Shown here one piece after another: positions 1 through 8,750 of a stretch of 64,000 nt of DNA. The notes under the pieces are model-generated. The model had not been told where the DNA came from and ran no database searches. It saw only the letters and a program-made list of their open reading frames with translations. The position numbers and the translations under genes are program-made. Numbering within the stretch: position 1 is the first letter of the stretch; each line of letters starts with the position of its first letter. This stretch comes from a virus (taxonomy: Duplodnaviria; Heunggongvirae; Uroviricota; Caudoviricetes): IMG/VR virus record IMGVR_UViG_3300030029_000205; one strand, written 5' to 3'.

Positions 1-81
1 ATACTATTTTAAGCAGGTTAAAACAAGGTATCAGCTTAGAGAACTTCATATCAAGTTTACAAAAATAAGGAGGGTATTAAA

Positions 82-792
82 ATGATAAATGTAGATACTA
101 TTATAGAAGAAGATTTCTACTCTACTTATATAGGTTCTATAAAAAAGAGTCTTGCGGATAAAAAGAGATTAGAGAAAAGAAAAGACAGTTTACAGAAGGA
201 ACTGTTAGAATCTCAGAATCTGTATGTAAATATGTTAGACGCACAGAAGTTGTTAAGTACAATTTCTGATGATAATACCTCTAAAACTCTTGATTTTATC
301 ACAGGAATGGTAAATAAGGTTCTTTTAGAGATGTTTACTACAGATACTCCTCACATAGTTCTTACTAAGAAGTTGTATGCAGGGTGTAAGCCTCATATCA
401 ATGTAGAATTGATTGACAGTAGCGGAAATACTCTTGATATGGCTTTACAGAGTGGTACAGGTATTTCTCAGGTAGTAAGTTTTATGTTTGCTATCTGTTT
501 AATTGAAATTCGCAAGGGTAGAAGACTTCTTGTTATGGATGAGAGGTTGAATGGCTTACATAAGGAAGCTAAGCGTATTCTTAGTAAGGTTATTGAAATT
601 TTTGCTGAGGGTGGTTTTCAGTTTATCTTTGTTGAGTATGGTTTGAACAATATCGGTAAGATTTATAATGTTGAAAAACGAGGAGATGAATCTCATATCG
701 TAAGCCTTGAGAAAGGTCAGGAGTACACAGACGATATGGTATATATCGACGATGTTGATTTATCTTTACTCTCTGAGGGTGAGGAAGAATAA
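82..792 (+). CDS. coiled-coil protein with ABC/SMC-ATPase C-terminal-like motifs; possible C-terminal half of a split SbcC/Rad50-like ATPase
   Basis: RBS AAGGAGGG 8 nt upstream of the ATG. N-terminal KE-rich coiled coil. Signature-like QSGTGISQ, Walker B-like RRLLVMDE, then FIFVEYG. No Walker A in this ORF, so the N-terminal half may lie upstream of the window. Confidence 0.5.
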   Translation: MINVDTIIEEDFYSTYIGSIKKSLADKKRLEKRKDSLQKELLESQNLYVNMLDAQKLLSTISDDNTSKTLDFITGMVNKVLLEMFTTDTPHIVLTKKLYAGCKPHINVELIDSSGNTLDMALQSGTGISQVVSFMFAICLIEIRKGRRLLVMDERLNGLHKEAKRILSKVIEIFAEGGFQFIFVEYGLNNIGKIYNVEKRGDESHIVSLEKGQEYTDDMVYIDDVDLSLLSEGEEE

Positions 793-803
793 ATAGGAAT
801 ACA

Positions 804-832
804 TTGCAATTCTCGTAAAAATATGCTATCAT
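804..832 (+). promoter_or_regulatory. sigma-A-type promoter TTGCAA-N17-TATCAT preceded by AGGAATACA
   Basis: Exact spacing and hexamers. The shared upstream motif AGGAATACATTGcAA also occurs at 1601 and 51129. Confidence 0.55.
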
Positions 833-858
833 AGTAATATAAAAAGGAGGTATTACTT

Positions 859-1233
859 ATGGTAGTAAATTTTATTAAAGAGAATGCATTGCTTAAGATC
901 ATCAAAGAGTCAGATACTAAAAAGGATTTAGTAACAAGTCTAAATTCTAAGGGTATTACTTATATATGGGAAGGTAAAAACCACATTGGTGTATTCGTAG
1001 AAAGTAAAGGGTACAGCATTTATAAATTGGGGTACAAATCCTTATTTGATAGCTTTTGGTCAGGTTTGAATGTAAAATTTACTGAGTTGTCGAAAGGGTT
1101 TTACTCCTATTTGAAAAGTATATATGATATATGTGATTATGAGTTATCTGAGGACGAGGTGGGTATAGTAGCCGACTGTTATACAAGAGAGTTACCTACA
1201 AACCTTGTTGTAAACAGGCTTGTGTATTGTTAA
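859..1233 (+). CDS. hypothetical protein
   Basis: ORF with RBS AAAAGGAGG upstream, downstream of a consensus promoter at 804-832. Confidence 0.6.
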   Translation: MVVNFIKENALLKIIKESDTKKDLVTSLNSKGITYIWEGKNHIGVFVESKGYSIYKLGYKSLFDSFWSGLNVKFTELSKGFYSYLKSIYDICDYELSEDEVGIVADCYTRELPTNLVVNRLVYC

Positions 1234-1291
1234 AGAAAGGTAGTCTACATTGAGAATTGTAGGCTACCTTTATCTTGTGAGGTGTTTGAAG

Positions 1292-1540
1292 GTGAGTTAT
1301 AAATGTAGTAAATGCCGTAATGATAGGCTAAAGAAGCTGTATAATGAGACCAAAACTTGCTATGGTTGTGGTGTTTATTATGATAAAAGAAAAGGTAGAT
1401 TAGTAAGATGCTATATATCTAAAAGAGGTGCCAAAAGGTATTATAAACATACTTCTAATAGAATGATTAGAAGAAAGAGAGCAATGGGTAATAACGGTTA
1501 TTTTAAAAAAGTTTATGATGTATGGTGGAATTTATATTAA
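1292..1540 (+). CDS. small basic zinc-ribbon-like protein (CxxC...CxxC)
   Basis: ORF 1250-1540. Best start is GTG 1292, 7 nt after GAGGTG. CSKC...CYGC cysteine pairs and K/R-rich sequence. Followed by a terminator. Start is uncertain. Confidence 0.45.
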   Translation: MSYKCSKCRNDRLKKLYNETKTCYGCGVYYDKRKGRLVRCYISKRGAKRYYKHTSNRMIRRKRAMGNNGYFKKVYDVWWNLY

Positions 1541-1545
1541 AGAGA

Positions 1546-1577
1546 CAGGTTAGGTTAATTACCTAACCTGTTTTTTT
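1546..1577 (+). terminator. intrinsic terminator (AGGTTAGGT-taatt-ACCTAACCT + T7)
   Basis: 9-bp GC-containing stem followed by TTTTTTT. Near-identical to the terminator at 6628. Confidence 0.7.
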
Positions 1578-1608
1578 AGGAATACATTATAAAATTTTTA
1601 GGAATACA

Positions 1609-1637
1609 TTGTAAAAATTTATGAAGTATGTTAAAAT
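1609..1637 (+). promoter_or_regulatory. promoter TTGTAA-N17-TAAAAT (with duplicated AGGAATACATT upstream)
   Basis: Hexamers and spacing. Located immediately after the terminator at 1546-1577. Confidence 0.55.
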
Positions 1638-1667
1638 AAAAATACAAAATTAGAAAGGGTGATTTAT

Positions 1668-2024
1668 ATGAGTATAACTCGTGTAGGCGAAAAATCAAAA
1701 GCAAATAATGGTATGGAGATGAAGATTATAGGGTATCGTAGTAGTTCGGATATTGATGTCCAGTTCGAAGACGGTACTATAGTTAAGGGTAAGAGATACC
1801 AGCAGTTTAAAAGAGGTGAAATTGCAAACCCTAATGTAAAGAAGAAAACCTTAAGAGCAGACAGATTGGGTAATGAAGTAACTGCAAAAAACGGTCAGAA
1901 AATGAAAATTGTTGCTTACCGTAGTGCATACGATGTTGATGTGCAGTTTGAAGATGGCACAAAGGTTAATAATCGTTCTTATGCAAACTTTGAAAAAGGC
2001 AGCATAAGAAATCCAAATAAGTAA
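1668..2024 (+). CDS. DIDVQFEDG-repeat protein (2 repeats)
   Basis: ATG 1668, 7 nt after AAAGGGTG. Two ~50-aa repeats of NGMxMKIIxYRSxxDIDVQFEDGxxVxxKxYxxFxxGxIxNP. Paralog of 3721, 4820 and 7874. Confidence 0.75.
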   Translation: MSITRVGEKSKANNGMEMKIIGYRSSSDIDVQFEDGTIVKGKRYQQFKRGEIANPNVKKKTLRADRLGNEVTAKNGQKMKIVAYRSAYDVDVQFEDGTKVNNRSYANFEKGSIRNPNK

Positions 2025-2047
2025 GGTGTTGAAAGGAAGTAAAAAGT

Positions 2048-2452
2048 ATGGCTTTGATTGATGATTTAAGAGATAAAACCTACAAAGAAGCTGTAGATCT
2101 TTTGGAGAAATACGGCAAGGGTTGTATCGTTAGACCAACAGGATTCGGAAAGACAGGTATTCTTACAAGGTTAATCAATGATTATACCGCAGGTATCAAA
2201 GGCAAAGAACCAAGGGTATTATATTTGTACCCTAATGAGCCGATTAAGAATGCAGTGTTAAATTTCTACTACAAAAGCAAGGGTATGCGGATACCTACTA
2301 CCAGAGAAATTCCAGGAGTACAGTTTATAACTTATACTAAGTTGGCAAGAATGGATAAACCTGAGGATATAGAGGGTTTTGATATTCTGTTAAGTTGTTT
2401 ATGTCTGATGAATGTCATAAACTTGGAGGTACAAAGATTTCCAATAATATGA
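2048..2452 (+). CDS. SF2 helicase, N-terminal segment (Walker A TGFGKTG), ends just after start of motif II
   Basis: RPTGFGKTGI P-loop. Terminates ...EGFDILLSCLCLMNV. The -1 frame continues with SDECHKLGG. Confidence 0.7.
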   Translation: MALIDDLRDKTYKEAVDLLEKYGKGCIVRPTGFGKTGILTRLINDYTAGIKGKEPRVLYLYPNEPIKNAVLNFYYKSKGMRIPTTREIPGVQFITYTKLARMDKPEDIEGFDILLSCLCLMNVINLEVQRFPII

Positions 2453-3708
2453 ACAAGTTCAGGAATAAATATAAAGATGTAAAGTATGTAGGAGCTACAG
2501 CTACTCCAGATAGAATGGATTTATTTGATGAAGTATATGAGTTTTTTGATGATAAGGTTGTATCTTCTTATACTCTACACGATGCTTTTGTAGATGGGGT
2601 ATTGCAGAGACCATATTACTGCTTTTGCTCTTATAGTCTTGAAGATGACTCTAAGTATCTCGAGAAAAGGGTAAAAGAAGAGTTTAAGTATGTAGAGGGT
2701 AACTGCGTAAGTGAATATAGAGAACTTATGGAAGCTACTGCAATTCAGATGGCAGAACTGCATAATATGCCTAAAATTATTAGAGATGTATGTTCTAAGT
2801 GTATTGAGCCAGATTCTTATATGAGAGGGGTAGTTTTCTTTGCAGACTATAACCATATTAATGCAAAAGAGAAGGTTGTGGTAAATTGGTTCAAAGAAGC
2901 TTTTCCTGATTACAGGGTAAATGTTATAAGAGTAACTGGTCAGAACAGGAAAACAAGAGAAAATGCTCAAATACTTGATTATCTTGTACCTAAAGATAAA
3001 ACTATTGACATTATTACCAGTGTAGATATGCTGAATATGGGGTATCATGTAGATAACCTTAAGTTTGTAGGAATGTACAGAGGTACTCAGTCAGGGGTAG
3101 TATATGCTCAGCAGTTAGGTAGAATTCTGAATTCGGGTAGTATGGAGCAAGGGGTAGTTTTCGATTGGGTAGATAATATCCATAGGGAATCTATGTATGA
3201 TGTTCTTGGTAGAGAAAGTAAAAAGGTTACTAAGGCTAAAGAGAAGTATGCTGAGCTAAAAGGAAAGTTGTCAGAAGCTAAGGGTAATGTAAAAGTTTTT
3301 TCTCCTGAAGAGCTTAAAGAGTACAAAATATTAGAGGGTAGATTTGAAAGACCCAATAAAGATTGGTGGGACGATAGTCCTAATAAATTGTTACCTGAGG
3401 ATTTGATTGCCACTTCTCACGAGGCTACTTACAGAGAGTTAATAGCTAAGACAGTAGCTGAACCTATTGCAATGCGTGCAAGACAGGCTTGGAAGAATTG
3501 GTTAGATGCAGGTGGTGATATAGCAGACGGAACAGCTCAGGGTATTCTTGATAATGCTTTGCTACCTAATTTGCCTTTAGGACCTTATTGTGCAAGTAAA
3601 AGACTTACTATTGAAAAGGTGTTAAGCATTATTCTCGGTGAAGGAGATTATACAGGTATGGTAAAGAATTACACAGAGAAGTGTAAAAAGCAGGGTATAG
3701 TTTGGTAA
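2395..3708 (+). CDS. SF2 helicase, C-terminal segment (DECH box, TATP motif III, QQLGRILN motif VI)
   Basis: Frame is open from 2383 (stop TGA at 2380). MSDECH, VGATATPDR and AQQLGRILNSG motifs. No convincing RBS of its own, so it is probably joined to 2048-2452 by a frameshift or sequencing indel. Confidence 0.7.
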   Translation: MFMSDECHKLGGTKISNNMNKFRNKYKDVKYVGATATPDRMDLFDEVYEFFDDKVVSSYTLHDAFVDGVLQRPYYCFCSYSLEDDSKYLEKRVKEEFKYVEGNCVSEYRELMEATAIQMAELHNMPKIIRDVCSKCIEPDSYMRGVVFFADYNHINAKEKVVVNWFKEAFPDYRVNVIRVTGQNRKTRENAQILDYLVPKDKTIDIITSVDMLNMGYHVDNLKFVGMYRGTQSGVVYAQQLGRILNSGSMEQGVVFDWVDNIHRESMYDVLGRESKKVTKAKEKYAELKGKLSEAKGNVKVFSPEELKEYKILEGRFERPNKDWWDDSPNKLLPEDLIATSHEATYRELIAKTVAEPIAMRARQAWKNWLDAGGDIADGTAQGILDNALLPNLPLGPYCASKRLTIEKVLSIILGEGDYTGMVKNYTEKCKKQGIVW

Positions 3709-3720
3709 GGATGTGAAAAA

Positions 3721-4803
3721 ATGAGTGTTTTAAGGGACGATAGAGTGGGAGAAGTACGAAGGGCGAATAACGGTATGCTAATGAAAATATTAGCATACCG
3801 TTCCGTAAAAGATATTGATGTACAGTTTGAAGATGGTGTAATTGTATGCAATAAAAGATATAGTGCCTTTGACAAGGGTAATATAGGTCATCCTAAAGTT
3901 AAACTTTCTAAGGTATCTGACGAAGATATTAAAAGATATTTGGGTATGGAGAAAGTTATGAGTTGTGGTATGAAGGCAAAAATCATAGCTTATCGAAATA
4001 CTTTGGATATAGATATACAGTTTGAAGATGGTACTGTGGTTGAACATAAAACAATACACTCTTTTAAAACAGGTTATATTAAGAATCCTAACATAGCTAA
4101 TTATATGTCTAAGACAGGTAGGGTGGGCGATAGGGCAATAGCTAACAATGGTATGGGTATGACTATTATTAAATACATAAGTCGAGATAATATGACAGTA
4201 AGATTTGATGATGGTTTTATTAAAGAGGGTGTAAGTTATTCAAACTTTATTAATGGTAGAGTGGCTCATGATGGTATGTCAACGATGAATAAAATCTATT
4301 CTTCAAAGCATCTGCATGAGAGGAATAAGATGTTAAATGGTTTATGGGCAGAGATTATAGCTTATCGTTCTACAAAAGATATAGATGTGAGATTTGATAA
4401 CGGTGTAGTAGTTAAGAATAGGTCTTATAACAGATTTAATAAAGGTTTGATAGCCTTGCCTTTAAATAGGTTAGGTCAAGTAATTGTAACATCTTGCGGT
4501 TTAAAGGCAGAGATAGTAGGGTATCGTTCAGTTGATGATTTGGATATATTGTATGAAGATGGGTGTAAAAGAGAGCATACCTCAATAAGAATATTTAATA
4601 GTGGTAATCATCCTTTGTTTGTAACCTCAGGTAGGGGTTTACATATAAGAAAAGGGCATTCGTTTTGTGGCTTTACTAATTTGTTGAAGTCTTTTGAGTA
4701 CAATGGTGACAGCTATTTTATGTGTAAAGATGCTGATGGTAAAGGTCAGGTGCGTTCTCTCCATGATATGATGAAAGAAGCTGGGGTACATTCTAAATTT
4801 TAA
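3721..4803 (+). CDS. DIDVQFEDG-repeat protein (about 5 repeats) with conserved C-terminal FEYNG...CKDxxGKGQV domain
   Basis: Repeats RVGEVRRANNGMLMKILAYRSVKDIDVQFEDG... C-terminal tail is shared with the 4820-6016 protein. Confidence 0.8.
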   Translation: MSVLRDDRVGEVRRANNGMLMKILAYRSVKDIDVQFEDGVIVCNKRYSAFDKGNIGHPKVKLSKVSDEDIKRYLGMEKVMSCGMKAKIIAYRNTLDIDIQFEDGTVVEHKTIHSFKTGYIKNPNIANYMSKTGRVGDRAIANNGMGMTIIKYISRDNMTVRFDDGFIKEGVSYSNFINGRVAHDGMSTMNKIYSSKHLHERNKMLNGLWAEIIAYRSTKDIDVRFDNGVVVKNRSYNRFNKGLIALPLNRLGQVIVTSCGLKAEIVGYRSVDDLDILYEDGCKREHTSIRIFNSGNHPLFVTSGRGLHIRKGHSFCGFTNLLKSFEYNGDSYFMCKDADGKGQVRSLHDMMKEAGVHSKF

Positions 4804-4819
4804 AAAGGGGTTGAGAGTT

Positions 4820-6016
4820 ATGAAAATAGACAGAGTAGGTGAAGTAAATAAAGCCAATAACGGTATGTTAATGAAGATAGTAGCCTATCGTTCATATGAC
4901 AGTATAGATGTTCAGTTTGAGAATGGTATTGTAGTTAATAATAAATCCTACGGTGATTTTAAAAAAGGGAAAATAAATTTGCCTAAGGCTTTAGAGAGGG
5001 TAGGTGAAGTGAATAAAGCTAAAAATGGTATGTTAATGAAGATAATAGAATATAGAAATGCCAAGGATATAGATGTCCAATTTGAAGATGGTGTAGTAGT
5101 TAAGAGTAAGTCCTATAAGGATTTTAAAGGAGGGTGCATACCTCACCCAAAATTTTCAACAAAGGTGTGTAAAAATAGAGTGGGGGAAGTCCGAAGATCT
5201 AATAATGGTATGTTGATGAAAATAATAGCCTATCGAAGTGCTAATGATATAGATGTTCAGTTTGAAGATGGTAAAGTAGTTAAAAATAAAAGTTATGGTA
5301 ATTTTAAAGCAGGTTATATATCTTGTTCTCAAACATTACCAAAGGATAGGGTAGGTGAGGTTAATAAAGCTACAAACGGGATGATGATGAGGATAATAGA
5401 TTATAGAAGTGCTAATGATATAGATGTTCAGTTTGAAGATGGTAAAGTAGTTAAAAATAGTAGTTATGGTAATTTTAAAACGGGGCATATATCTCCTTAT
5501 CGTCAAACTTTAATAAAGGGAAGAGTAGGTGAAGTTAATAAAGCCACAAATGGAATGTCGATGAAAATATTAGCTTATAGAAATACGGATGATATAGATG
5601 TTCAGTTTGAAGATGGTATGGTAGCAAGAAATAAAACATACTATAATTTTTTATCGGGAAAAATAGGTCATCCTCTTGGAAATACAGTAAAGAGAGTAGG
5701 TGATGTTAAAGTTGCAAATAATGGTTTGCGTATGAGGGTAATTTCTCATGAAACTGATAAGAATACAGATGTGCAATTTGAGGATGGAATTATAGTTACT
5801 AATAAAAGCTACCATAGTTTTACAAAAGGTCAAATAGCTCACCCAATGATAAGTAAATGGGGTACAAGTAAGAGTTTTTATGGTTTTACTGATATAAAAA
5901 AGTCTTTCGAATATAATGGTATGGTGTACTACTTGTGTAAGGACTTGCAAGGTAAGGGGCAGGTGTACACTCTACAGCAAATGATGGAATTAGCAGGTGT
6001 AGAACCTGTATTTTAA
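4820..6016 (+). CDS. DIDVQFEDG-repeat protein (7 repeats) with the same C-terminal domain
   Basis: ATG 4820 after AAAGGGG. Seven ~57-aa RVGEVNKAxNGMLMKIIxYRSxxDIDVQFEDGxVVxNKSYxxFKxGxI repeats. Directly tandem to its paralog. Confidence 0.8.
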   Translation: MKIDRVGEVNKANNGMLMKIVAYRSYDSIDVQFENGIVVNNKSYGDFKKGKINLPKALERVGEVNKAKNGMLMKIIEYRNAKDIDVQFEDGVVVKSKSYKDFKGGCIPHPKFSTKVCKNRVGEVRRSNNGMLMKIIAYRSANDIDVQFEDGKVVKNKSYGNFKAGYISCSQTLPKDRVGEVNKATNGMMMRIIDYRSANDIDVQFEDGKVVKNSSYGNFKTGHISPYRQTLIKGRVGEVNKATNGMSMKILAYRNTDDIDVQFEDGMVARNKTYYNFLSGKIGHPLGNTVKRVGDVKVANNGLRMRVISHETDKNTDVQFEDGIIVTNKSYHSFTKGQIAHPMISKWGTSKSFYGFTDIKKSFEYNGMVYYLCKDLQGKGQVYTLQQMMELAGVEPVF

Positions 6017-6075
6017 AAGTTAATGATTTATGGTAGAATTTGTATTAATTTTTTAAAAAAAGTTTTATGAAATTC

Positions 6076-6104
6076 TTGCAATTTATGTAGAGGTGTGGTA
6101 AAAT
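6076..6104 (+). promoter_or_regulatory. promoter TTGCAA-N17(…GTGTGG)-TAAAAT with TGn extended -10
   Basis: Hexamers and spacing. A TTGCAATTTATG motif recurs at 6676. Confidence 0.55.
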
Positions 6105-6137
6105 ATAGTTTAGATTTTAAATTTAGGAGATGATATA

Positions 6138-6635
6138 GTGCCAAGATTGTATTTAGGTGTTGAAGATATAAGAGCTTTGTTGACAGCTTACAATAAGTTA
6201 AATGATAGAGCATTGTCTTGTATTGGATTACCAGTTAAAGAGATTTATTACCAGTTAGGTTGTAAAAGGTATGAAGAGAGTGAATATGTTGCTGATATGA
6301 GTAACATTAAGTTAGGTTTTGATATGGGTGACGGTCATATTTCACTTGCTAATTTTTATGACTACGGTAATAAGTGTGTAAGGTTTGCTACTCATTACAG
6401 TAAAGATTTAAAAGAACATATGACTCATAGAAAGGGTATTTTAAAAGAGAGATACAGAAGGATGTATATGAATGCAATGAGTAGTGAGGTAGTTGAACTA
6501 TCTAAGGTTATCAAGGGTATTTGTAAAAAATATGATATTACTCCAGTAGGTTTAACTTTTCTGTTTGAAAAGTTAGAACCTTATGGGTTAGAGAGTATAC
6601 AGTATAATCAAGGTGTGTTCAGAGTAGCAGGTTAG
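6138..6635 (+). CDS. hypothetical protein
   Basis: GTG start after AGGAGATGA. Promoter TTGCAA-N17-TAAAAT at 6076-6104. Stop codon lies inside the terminator stem. Confidence 0.65.
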   Translation: MPRLYLGVEDIRALLTAYNKLNDRALSCIGLPVKEIYYQLGCKRYEESEYVADMSNIKLGFDMGDGHISLANFYDYGNKCVRFATHYSKDLKEHMTHRKGILKERYRRMYMNAMSSEVVELSKVIKGICKKYDITPVGLTFLFEKLEPYGLESIQYNQGVFRVAG

Positions 6636-6661
6636 GTTTAATTACCTAACCTGTTTTTTTA
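6628..6661 (+). terminator. intrinsic terminator (CAGGTTAGGTttaattACCTAACCTG + T7)
   Basis: Same hairpin sequence as 1546-1577. The stop codon of gene 6138 lies within the stem. Confidence 0.7.
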
Positions 6662-6829
6662 TGAATTACTTGCTTTGCAATTTATGAATATATTCTAAAA
6701 TTTAAAGATTTATGTTAAAATTATTATATAGTATAGAAAAGGTAATATTATGTGTATTTTTCATGTAGGTAAAAATTTAGGGTTAATCAGGGATTAAACC
6801 CCTATTTTAATAGAGAAAGGTGATATATT

Positions 6830-7783
6830 ATGAAAGTTAAAAGATTGTTAACAAAGTTAGGTGTCATTGCTATTTGTTTAGTGATGGGTGCGTGTTCTGT
6901 TGTAGGTAGTAGTGCAGCCGAGGCAGGTAGCGAGGTTTCAAGTGTTGGCTCAGGGTATAGTGAGGGTACAGGTAGGAGAGACCTTACTTTAGAGACAACA
7001 GGTCAAAGGTTATCTTGCAAGAAAGGGTATAGATTCGAATTAACTAATGTAAAAGTAGTTAGAAATTTTACAATGCCTCAAATTAAGTTAGGCAAGGGTG
7101 AAACTTTTAAGTTTTACTTGTATAATACCTATATTAAAGATGTAGTAGGTTGTCCTGCTATGATAGGTATATATAAACCTACAGCAGTGGTAAAGAAGAA
7201 AGGCTTTGGGTACGATTATGTTTGGACTGGTGAATATAATAGAAGTAGTGTAATAACAGGTCTTTCTAATAAAACCAGAGTTGCTCCAACAGATGGGTAT
7301 GCCACGGACAGATATACAGTATCAATAAAAGGTAGTAGTAATTGTAAGTATAGACTTGTTGCTTTTGATAATTATGTAAATTATGGGGCATATGGTAAAC
7401 CTCAAGAGGCTACATTTTGGGGGTACAAGATTACTAATGCCAATACTTTATATAATCAATACCCTGTTGTAGCTGTAAGTGTTTATAATGCTCCAAAATC
7501 AGTTACGCTTAAAAGAAGTGATAATAAATCTTCCATAGCAGGTAAAACAATTACTCTCAAGAGAGGTAAAACCTTGAATGTGTATGAGAGCACACCATCA
7601 GGTACATATGCAAATGCAAAGAATGTCACTTATACTTCTTCAAATAAAGGGGTAGCTAAGGTTACCAAGGACGGTACATTCAAAAGTTCAGCAAAGATAA
7701 AAGCCATAAAGAAAGGCACAGCGACTATAACAGTAAGATTGTATAACGGTAAGACATCTTCTGTAAAAATAAGAGTAGTATAA
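6830..7783 (+). CDS. secreted/lipoprotein with C-terminal bacterial Ig-like (Big_2-type) domain
   Basis: Signal peptide MKVKRLLTKLGVIAICLVMGAC with Cys. C-terminal ...KGTATITVRLYNGKTSSVKIRVV, typical of Big_2. Confidence 0.75.
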   Translation: MKVKRLLTKLGVIAICLVMGACSVVGSSAAEAGSEVSSVGSGYSEGTGRRDLTLETTGQRLSCKKGYRFELTNVKVVRNFTMPQIKLGKGETFKFYLYNTYIKDVVGCPAMIGIYKPTAVVKKKGFGYDYVWTGEYNRSSVITGLSNKTRVAPTDGYATDRYTVSIKGSSNCKYRLVAFDNYVNYGAYGKPQEATFWGYKITNANTLYNQYPVVAVSVYNAPKSVTLKRSDNKSSIAGKTITLKRGKTLNVYESTPSGTYANAKNVTYTSSNKGVAKVTKDGTFKSSAKIKAIKKGTATITVRLYNGKTSSVKIRVV

Positions 7784-7873
7784 GATTGTTTTAATTACCC
7801 TATGTAAGTATTTCCTGTTTTATTGAAGCAGGAAATACTTAAGGGTATTTACTCTAAATAGTGAGGTGGTAGA

Positions 7874-8383
7874 GTGTCAGTTGTAGAAGAAGTATCAAAG
7901 TCAAAACAGGGGTATAAAATGACTGTAATTAGCGGTTCAAAAGATGGTTTGGTATCAGTTAGGTTTGATGATGGTACTATTGTTAGAAACAAGCCGTACA
8001 AAGATTTTTTGGAAGGTAATATAGAAAAGCCTTTATGTAAAAAGATAGGTGAGGTGTCATATTCAAATAGCGGTGAAAAAATGGAGATTGTTTGTTATAC
8101 AAATAATGAAAATATAGCTGTAAAGTTTGAAGATGGAACAGTAGTCTATGGAAGAACATACAATGCTTTCAAAAGAGGTGAAATCAAGAAGCCAAGAATA
8201 GAAAAGTATGGTAGAAACAATAAACATAATGAAAGAATAGGTATAGAATCCATAAACTTAAATGGTTTAAAAATTAAAATAGTTGAGTACCGTAATAGTA
8301 ATGATATTGATGTAAAGACCGAGGACGGTAGGGTATTAAAACATCAGACTTTTAAAAAGTTTAAAGACGGTAAAATATATTAA
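7874..8383 (+). CDS. DIDVQFEDG-repeat protein (3 diverged repeats)
   Basis: GTG start after GAGGTGG. Repeats GEKMEIVCYTNNENIAVKFEDGTVVYGRTYNAFKRGEIKKP. Confidence 0.75.
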   Translation: MSVVEEVSKSKQGYKMTVISGSKDGLVSVRFDDGTIVRNKPYKDFLEGNIEKPLCKKIGEVSYSNSGEKMEIVCYTNNENIAVKFEDGTVVYGRTYNAFKRGEIKKPRIEKYGRNNKHNERIGIESINLNGLKIKIVEYRNSNDIDVKTEDGRVLKHQTFKKFKDGKIY

Positions 8384-8395
8384 GGGGTGTTTCAA

Positions 8396-8550
8396 TTGGG
8401 TATATTAAAGGTTTTATGTTGGATTTTCTTATGTTTGATAGGCTTGGTAATTTCGATGTTTTATGTGTTCTTTGGGTATTTGTTAGTCAGATACTTAGTA
8501 GACACACATAAAGAGAAAAAATCTAAAAGGTTAAAAGAAAAGGGTGATTG
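8396..8550 (+). CDS. small hydrophobic membrane peptide (about 51 aa)
   Basis: TTG 6 nt after AAGGGGTG. Translation LGILKVLCWIFLCLIGLVISMFYVFFGYLLVRYLVDTHKEKKSKRLKEKGD. Below the ORF-track size cutoff. Confidence 0.35.
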
Positions 8551-8726
8551 ATTTGATTGGAGATTTAAGATTTAGATATAGCTATCCTACCGTAGATATT
8601 TATGATGTATCAACAGGTATATTGATAGCAGAGATTGTAGGTATTTATGGCAATGAGTATGATAGTTATATACCAGTGGATTGGGCATATATCTATGAGT
8701 ATGATTTGTTAAGGGTATATATCTAA
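8544..8726 (+). CDS. hypothetical small protein
   Basis: 60-aa ORF. Start ambiguous: GTG 8544 or TTG 8553 after AAGGGTG. Confidence 0.4.
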   Translation: MIDLIGDLRFRYSYPTVDIYDVSTGILIAEIVGIYGNEYDSYIPVDWAYIYEYDLLRVYI

Positions 8727-8750
8727 TATAGGAAGGGGGTGTGTTTATTT

